From assembly GCA_016699795.1 (NCBI GenBank), contig CP065011.1, positions 1,141,449-1,186,598 on the forward strand: a DNA stretch of 45,150 bases. The letters are read 5' to 3'. The DNA comes from Candidatus Moraniibacteriota bacterium (GTDB lineage: Bacteria > Patescibacteriota > Minisyncoccia > Moranbacterales > GCA-2747515). The notes below the pieces were generated by a model. It saw only the letters and a list, made by a program, of their open reading frames with translations, ran no database searches and had not been told where the DNA came from. Of the stretch, positions 35,944 through 42,282 are shown piece after piece; position 1 is the first letter of the stretch, and the number at the start of each line of letters is the position of its first letter. Both the position numbers and the translations under genes were made by a program.

Positions 35944-36633
35944 TTAAACAGTGCCAAATTGAAAAGTGAAATCAGCAGAATTCGAAGCTACATTTTTATT
36001 GAGAAGGAAAAATCTACTCTCTTGAGGATCAAAAAGACCAACAGTATCTATTTTATCACCGTTCCAATCTCCAGTAAGAGGAATTAAATTATTCAAACCT
36101 TTTCCATTCGTAGGATTAAAAATAAATTCTGCATCTGCATTTCCAGGAGCATTTTGATTTTTTAGAAAAAACTTTGCCTTTGCTGGATCATACGTCCCGA
36201 TAGTATCCCAACCATCACCATTCCAATCCCCTACTAGACCTTTCCAATTTGCATCCTTAAGTCCATACTGAATTTCTTTTGTTAGCCCTGAGCCATCACT
36301 ATCTTCAAGTAAGAACATTCCATATTGTGTAGAATAACGACCTAAAGTATCTCCTGCTTTATAGTTAGCACACGATGCTGAACCTTCACCATCTGGATTA
36401 GAAGCAGCATCTATATCTGAGCCTACCTCAATTGTCACAGGAACAGATCCAAAAATACGATTCCACACATTCTTCATATAATCTATTCCAAGAAGTGAAG
36501 AAAATGATTGGGGAATATATTCTTCTCCTGAAGAAGTGGGTTGGAGAAGTGGTGATCGAGTAGCAAAGATTGATACAACAAGAGCTATTCCGACAAGAAA
36601 AGTAATTTTAGTTATGGGTTTTTTGGTAAACAT
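35944..36633 (-). CDS. Signal/anchor peptide plus GDWNGDG repeat protein; probably the N-terminal part of the downstream GH13 gene
   Basis: An N-terminal hydrophobic segment (ITFLVGIALVVSIFA) is followed by repeats: GLVGDWNGDGWDTIGTYD..FFLKN...ADAEFIF, then LTGDWNGDKIDTVGLFD..FFLLN..ADFTFQFG. Confidence 0.7.
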   Translation of the reverse strand: MFTKKPITKITFLVGIALVVSIFATRSPLLQPTSSGEEYIPQSFSSLLGIDYMKNVWNRIFGSVPVTIEVGSDIDAASNPDGEGSASCANYKAGDTLGRYSTQYGMFLLEDSDGSGLTKEIQYGLKDANWKGLVGDWNGDGWDTIGTYDPAKAKFFLKNQNAPGNADAEFIFNPTNGKGLNNLIPLTGDWNGDKIDTVGLFDPQESRFFLLNKNVASNSADFTFQFGTV

Positions 36634-36982
36634 ACAAAGTAAAAGAATTTTTTATACATAACATCTGTACAATGAAATAGATACAATTTTAAAAGTTCTA
36701 CCCACTTGAATATTTTATACTTTTTTTCATATTTTTTTGTTTCATTCTATTTTTTCTTTTATTGATTACTCGATTTCATTTAATAGAATACTATCAAATA
36801 AAAGAACTTTATTCAATTTGAATTACTGAGGAATAATTACCTTATTTTTTATTATACGAAATAAATAATAGAAGTTTATGCAGTGCTTTGGATTAGAAGG
36901 GGGTACTTTCAATTTCATTCATTATACAACAAAAAACTAAATAATTAATTTTTTGTTAACTATTTAGGTCATTTGTTTTCTA

Positions 36983-37298
36983 GAAAGGGATTTTCTTCTC
37001 GTCCCCAAAGCGGAAACTTGTTGTCCTGAGCAGCGCCAGATGTTCCTTGTATAATATCCAAGCCCGTCGATACTCGCTAGCATCGCCTCTCAAGCTTTGA
37101 TTCGCCCCTTCACCCCCCTCACAGATGCCAAGCAGTTGGCATCTTTCTCTTTCTCGTTCGCTATACTCACTGCGGAGAGAGAGGGATTTTCGCCTCACTC
37201 CCAAAATGGGAGTTCGTTGTCCTGGGTAGCGCTGAATGCTCATTTATTCGCATCCATCGATGCTCGAGGACTCGCTCCTACCCGTTCGAATCCCTTTC
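36983..37298 (-). ncRNA. Unclassified structured RNA candidate (closing helix plus two homologous sub-domains)
   Basis: A 10-bp terminal pairing joins GAAAGGGAUU with AAUCCCUUUC. A central perfect 8-bp hairpin GAUGCCAA-CUGC-UUGGCAUC lies at 37124..37143. Two ~85-nt modules share GCGCU(A/G)C(C/U)CAGGACAAC, then a hairpin, then GA(G/A)G(C/A)GAAAAUCCCU. The module hairpins differ by compensatory changes (ACUCCCA/UGGGAGU versus GUUUCC/GGGGAC). The G:U pairs in the second hairpin form only on the minus strand. No convincing ORF is present. Confidence 0.4.
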
Positions 37299-37359
37299 AT
37301 TTTTCACAATATTTTCTCCAATACGGGGAATTAATCCCATATCGGAAAAAACTCTATAG

Positions 37360-37446
37360 CGGAGAGAGAGGGATTCGAACCCCCGATGCCCTTTCGGACA
37401 CGACAGTTTTCAAGACTGTTGCCTTCAACCACTCGGCCATCTCTCC
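37360..37446 (-). tRNA. tRNA-Ser (anticodon UGA), class II with long variable arm
   Basis: The reverse complement is GGAGAGATGGCCGAGTGGTTGAAGGCAACAGTCTTGAAAACTGTCGTGTCCGAAAGGGCATCGGGGGTTCGAATCCCTCTCTCTCCG. It has a 7-bp acceptor stem, anticodon loop CUUGAAA, a long variable arm and a GGTTCGAATCC T-arm. CCA is not encoded. Confidence 0.9.
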
Positions 37447-37582
37447 AAAACATTTATATAGTATCTTTTTTAGAGAGTAAAATCAAGTGTCTCTGCCCAG
37501 CGCATTACACCAAAAAATATTACTAGAATTATAGTATTCTTTTCCCCTCAAATTTCTTTTTATTTTAGATAATTTTTTTGAC

Positions 37583-39016
37583 TTATTTAAAAAGTTTCCA
37601 AGAATCAAGCATTAAAAGAGCATTACTATATTCAACGTCATATTGATTACTATTTGCAGAATAAGAAAATAATTCTATTCTTTTCCCGTTAGGAATAATG
37701 ATAGTCCATTGTTTCATATTCACGCCTTTATCTAAATATTCCACTTTAAAGGCTTTTCCTATACTTTTTTCTCCATCTGTATATGTGTACACAAAATCTT
37801 TTTCGTCATATATTTTTTTATTTTTATCTTCCGCGCCCAAACCGCTCTGTAAGAATTTAATAAAAGTATTAAGAATCTCGGAAGTTATTAATTCCTGACC
37901 TTCAACACTTTGTATCGCTACAATAGGTGAAAATAAATCAGCTTCTTTTGAAAAAAAACTCGTAGTAACAACTCCCAAATCTTCAATTAATTCTCTTTTT
38001 TGAGTCCAATTTTTTGGATAGATTATTTCATATTTCGAAGAATCATCCTTAAAAATATTTTGAGAAAGTGTTTCTGCAGAATCTTTCTCAAGTAAAGTTT
38101 GTTCATTTTGCAATGTCTGTTCAGAAACATTCAAAGGATTACAGCTCGTTGCATTACCTTTTGCATAAAAATCATCTACTTCCTTTTTAGTACCAGAAAT
38201 ATCCCCACAAAAATATTTTTTTTCATCAGAACATGATTTTACAAAAACTGCCATATTCTCGCCATTAGGAGCGATATTCAAAATAGGTCCCTCTCCACAC
38301 TTTGTAACTTTAAAATTTTCTGAAATTTTGTATCCCGAATACGTACCTTTTTCATCTTTATATAACAAAGCATCAGGAATAATTAATCCTACCAAATCTT
38401 TAAGTGAAGCGTCTGACGCTCTATCTTTAGCATTATTCAAACTAACAAGAACAATAGAAGAAAAGATTCCAATGATGGCAAAAAAGAATACGAACAAAAC
38501 ACCTATAATAGCAACCCAAACCCAAACAGTTCTTTTTTTATTAGGGTCTTTATAAATAACTAAAGTGTCTGCAATTTTATCATGAAGAGCTTGTTTCTTT
38601 TCTGTAAAACCAGCCATTATGAAGCCAATAAACAAAGTGAATAATGAAGCAAGTTTTCCAATTGTTTCGCGAAGTAGTATTTGTTTTAGCGTTACATTTT
38701 CAGACGTAGAAGAAATAACCATAAGTCCCAATGCTTTTTTACCAAGCGTCATTTGATAGGTATGGGTCATAGCTACAAAATAAACCCAAGAGACCAATAA
38801 GCCCGAGAGAGACGTAAGAATAATCTGAACGATACCGATCGTAGTAAATTGGATAAAAAATCCCACCATTATATTAGGAATAACCAAAACTAATCCATCA
38901 AGAAAATTTGCTACAAATCTGATCCAAAATCCCGCACACAAAACTCGTCTTGTTGTTACTTCTTCGACTGGTTGTTGTTGGGGAACCTCAGCTGAATATA
39001 TTTGTTCTTGTTCCAT
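37583..39016 (-). CDS. RDD-family membrane protein with a large extracytoplasmic C-terminal domain
   Basis: The N-terminal GFWIRFVANFLDGLVLVI... is followed by several TM segments (the RDD domain pattern), then about 290 aa of soluble domain. Confidence 0.7.
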   Translation of the reverse strand: MEQEQIYSAEVPQQQPVEEVTTRRVLCAGFWIRFVANFLDGLVLVIPNIMVGFFIQFTTIGIVQIILTSLSGLLVSWVYFVAMTHTYQMTLGKKALGLMVISSTSENVTLKQILLRETIGKLASLFTLFIGFIMAGFTEKKQALHDKIADTLVIYKDPNKKRTVWVWVAIIGVLFVFFFAIIGIFSSIVLVSLNNAKDRASDASLKDLVGLIIPDALLYKDEKGTYSGYKISENFKVTKCGEGPILNIAPNGENMAVFVKSCSDEKKYFCGDISGTKKEVDDFYAKGNATSCNPLNVSEQTLQNEQTLLEKDSAETLSQNIFKDDSSKYEIIYPKNWTQKRELIEDLGVVTTSFFSKEADLFSPIVAIQSVEGQELITSEILNTFIKFLQSGLGAEDKNKKIYDEKDFVYTYTDGEKSIGKAFKVEYLDKGVNMKQWTIIIPNGKRIELFSYSANSNQYDVEYSNALLMLDSWKLFK

Positions 39017-39269
39017 ATTTATTTTTATTTCAACACGTGTATCATAGCAACTATTTCTTATTGCTACAATCAGAAAAAATATTTTTTAAAAATTTTTCTT
39101 CATCAAAAAATACATTTTTTCTTCCATTATTCATAATGAAAGAAAAGAATTTCAAAAATATTTTTTCTAAAACTAGGCCCTATTTAGGAACTATTTAGAA
39201 TTTGCTTTTTGTTAGAAATAAGCTTACACTTTCACTTTGACAATTATTTATTATCTTTAACTCTATTTT

Positions 39270-40682
39270 ATGCATCATCCAAAAACTAAAATTGTTGTTT
39301 CTCTTGGTCCTGTAAGTGAAAAGCCTGTCATGCTTACAAAACTTCTTCGAGCCGGTATGAATGTCTGCCGTCTTAATTTCTCTCATGGAGATGCCGAGGA
39401 ACATCAAGGGAGATTAAAAAATCTTCGCGAAGCTTCGAAAAAAACTAGTATTCCTGTTGCTGTATTACAAGATCTTGGAGGTCCAAAAATTCGAACGGGA
39501 GAATTTGAAAATGGAGAAGTTATCCTGAAAAAAGGAGAAACGCTCACTTTTGTATCTGAAAAAATTCTTGGAACCAAAAATCGATGCTTCCTTTCTTATA
39601 CTGATCTTTGGAAAGAAGTTAAAAAAGGACAAGTTATTTATTTGGATGATGGAAAGAAATCTCTTCAGGTTGTTACTATTGGAAAAAATGAAGTAACATG
39701 TAAAATCCTTTCTGGCGGACTCATACGAAATCGAAGAGGAGTTAATATTCCTGGTGTTCGTCTTAAAAAAGTTACAGCCCTTACTGAAAAAGATAAGAAG
39801 GATGTTCTTTTTGGAATAGAAAATAAACTTGATTATATAGCACTCTCCTTTGTCCAAGATGCACAAGATATCGAAGATCTTCGTGTTGTTCTTGATCGCA
39901 AAAAATCGTCAGCAAAAATTATTGCGAAAATAGAAACTTCCAGCGCTATACAGCATATTGATGAAATTATCCAATCTGCGGATGGTATTATGGTCGCACG
40001 TGGAGATCTTGCTGTAGAGATTCCCGCCGAAGAAGTTCCTCTTATTCAAAAAGAGATCATAGCCAAATGTAATCAGGCTGGAAAACCTGTAATCGTAGCT
40101 ACTCAAATGCTTCTCTCTATGGTTTCCTCTCCTCGACCCTCTCGAGCGGAAGTAAATGACATTGCCAATTCTATTCTTGATGGTGCTGATGCCATTATGC
40201 TCAGCGATGAAACGACTATTGGCGAATACCCGGAAGAATCTGTTTTGATGATGAAGTCCATTGCCGATCACATTGAAAAAAATCTTACCCCAAAAGAATA
40301 TTTAAGACGGACAGATTATTGCAATATCAATGATGCTATTTCCCACAGCGCCTTAGAAGTTGCTGAAGAAGTACACGCTCGTTTTATCATAGCCTTCACT
40401 GAATCTGGTCGTACAGCCAATATGATTTCACGATTTCGACCCAGACAACCTATTCTCACATTTTCTCCCAATGAGCAAACTCGCACCCAAACTCTTTTAA
40501 GTTTTGGATGCTTTGCCTATGAGTCACCTTCCTATAAAAATATCGAAGAGGTTATTAAATTTATACGTGAATTTCTTATCACAAAACGCCTCGCAAAAAA
40601 AGGCGAAGCGTTTGTCTTAGTTGCAGGAATTCCTTTTGGTCAAACAGGAGCAACTAATATGATTTTAGCAAAGAAAGTATAA
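39270..40682 (+). CDS. pyk: Pyruvate kinase
   Basis: Motifs KTKIVVSLGPVS...AGMNVCRLNFSHG, IAKIETSSA, MVARGDLAVEIP and ATQMLLSM. Confidence 0.95.
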   Translation: MHHPKTKIVVSLGPVSEKPVMLTKLLRAGMNVCRLNFSHGDAEEHQGRLKNLREASKKTSIPVAVLQDLGGPKIRTGEFENGEVILKKGETLTFVSEKILGTKNRCFLSYTDLWKEVKKGQVIYLDDGKKSLQVVTIGKNEVTCKILSGGLIRNRRGVNIPGVRLKKVTALTEKDKKDVLFGIENKLDYIALSFVQDAQDIEDLRVVLDRKKSSAKIIAKIETSSAIQHIDEIIQSADGIMVARGDLAVEIPAEEVPLIQKEIIAKCNQAGKPVIVATQMLLSMVSSPRPSRAEVNDIANSILDGADAIMLSDETTIGEYPEESVLMMKSIADHIEKNLTPKEYLRRTDYCNINDAISHSALEVAEEVHARFIIAFTESGRTANMISRFRPRQPILTFSPNEQTRTQTLLSFGCFAYESPSYKNIEEVIKFIREFLITKRLAKKGEAFVLVAGIPFGQTGATNMILAKKV

Positions 40683-40842
40683 AACTTCTTAGGAATTCGA
40701 GCACGAGCTTTATTTAAATATTTTATTCAATTTACATAGAATAAATATAAATACTTCATTTTTATTTTTACCCTCTCTCCTTTCTCAAAAGTAAAAGGTT
40801 ATTTTTTATTTTCCTTTGTAAAAAGAAGGTATAAGAATCTTT

Positions 40843-42009
40843 TTATAATAAAGTGAAACGAAAAGAATGTCTTCTTTGTGATTTCTCATGAAAAACAGAG
40901 TTATAAAGAGATGCTGTTTTTTTAGCTATAACACTCCAATCATAAGCATGCTCTACCCTTATTCTTGATAGAATACCAAGCCATTTTACATCTTCTTTTT
41001 CTTGGAGAAGTAGTTTCATTTTTTCTTCAAGATGTTCTACATCTCTCGAACGAAAGGTTTTCCCAGCATATTCTATAGCTTCTCTATTTTCTGGAATATC
41101 ACTTACAAGCGACGCGATTCCATACCCCATAGCTTCCAAGAGAGCAATAGACAAGCCTTCTGAGAAAGAGGGTTGCACAAAAAGATAGGCATGAGAAAAT
41201 AATTCTTGAAGTTCTTTTCCTTTTCGTTCCCCTGCGAAAACAATATTAGGATTGCTATTTGAAAGTTTTTTTACCTCATTAACATATTCATCCGTATGAG
41301 AAGAATCTCCCACGATGACAAGTTTCCAATCAGAAAGGTGAGGAGACTTCCTTTGCATTTTTTCAAAAGCTTCCACAAGAAAATGAATACCTTTATGTCG
41401 AACAAGCCTACTTACTGTAAGAATATATTTTTTAGATACAAGAGAAAGTTCTTTCAATACATCTTGTGTATTCACTGAAGAAACAGAACATCCGTTGGGT
41501 ATGTACATGATATTTTTTCCATATTTTCTTCTCGCATAATCAGCTATAGAATGGCTAATAGCAATAGTTTTATGTGGTATATGACAAGTTACCCATTCTC
41601 CAAAATAGAAATACATTTTAGCAAATAATCCCCATTTTTCATGTTCATAATCTCGAGAATGGAATGTGGAAATAACTTCTATATCAGGGCGAAACAATCG
41701 AACTAAAAAAGAAAGAGAAGTAGGGCCAATACCATGAAAATGTACAATATCGTAATGACTAAATAAGATTCGAATAACCGAAACAAATGTTGCTGTTATT
41801 GCATCAAGATTTTTGGTTGGAATACTCAAACAACCAAAAACACGAATACCTTTATAAGTACTTTCTTTAGGAATTCCGTAGCTCTTTCGGCCAAAAACAT
41901 CCACACCAAAACCCTCTTGAACCAATCGAAGAGAAAGCTCTTCGACATGACGTTCAACACCACCGGATTTTGTAGGAATCCCTTTTGAACCAAGCATCGC
42001 TATTTGCAT
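40843..42009 (-). CDS. GT4-family glycosyltransferase
   Basis: The N-terminus is MQIAMLGSKGIPTKSGGVERHVEELS, and the C-terminal sequence is PSFSEGLSIALLEAMGYGIASLVSD (the E-x7-E region). The start is set at 42009; the track start is 42045. Confidence 0.85.
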   Translation of the reverse strand: MQIAMLGSKGIPTKSGGVERHVEELSLRLVQEGFGVDVFGRKSYGIPKESTYKGIRVFGCLSIPTKNLDAITATFVSVIRILFSHYDIVHFHGIGPTSLSFLVRLFRPDIEVISTFHSRDYEHEKWGLFAKMYFYFGEWVTCHIPHKTIAISHSIADYARRKYGKNIMYIPNGCSVSSVNTQDVLKELSLVSKKYILTVSRLVRHKGIHFLVEAFEKMQRKSPHLSDWKLVIVGDSSHTDEYVNEVKKLSNSNPNIVFAGERKGKELQELFSHAYLFVQPSFSEGLSIALLEAMGYGIASLVSDIPENREAIEYAGKTFRSRDVEHLEEKMKLLLQEKEDVKWLGILSRIRVEHAYDWSVIAKKTASLYNSVFHEKSQRRHSFRFTLL

Positions 42010-42282
42010 AATAAAAACATTATCAATGACAGTCATTAATAGCATTTTTTTATACTTTTGTCAATGTTTGTAACATTGTAGCATCAAATTTACACTCTCG
42101 CATATTCCGCCAATCTCTTTATAATTCTCTTCTTTCTTCTTAATTATTTCTTTCATTCTTATTTAATACCCATTATTCTATAAATTCTTCCGCGACAAAT
42201 GAAAGAAGACTCCTCCCTCAGGAAGAGTCTTCTTTTTAAGTTTTTGTTTTTATCTCTTTATCTTCTCAGATTTTTTCTCTAT

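Noticed and set aside
36983-37298. Identifying the structured element as RNase P RNA, a tandem glycine riboswitch, SRP RNA or a pseudo-tRNA pair
   Set aside because: There are weak resemblances only: AGGAGCGAGUCC versus the P4 GAGGAAAGUCC, GGACAAC(G/A)A versus ACAGAA, and GAAGGGGCGAA versus the glycine-riboswitch GAAGGGGCAA. The required partner strands and other invariant motifs are missing or misplaced. The 104-nt tRNA-like span cannot form D and anticodon arms. I left it unclassified.
36980-37480. Track ORFs 36980..37243 (-) and 37097..37480 (+)
   Set aside because: They overlap the tRNA-Ser gene and the structured noncoding element. Their composition is driven by GC-rich RNA helices. They have no start context and no family resemblance.
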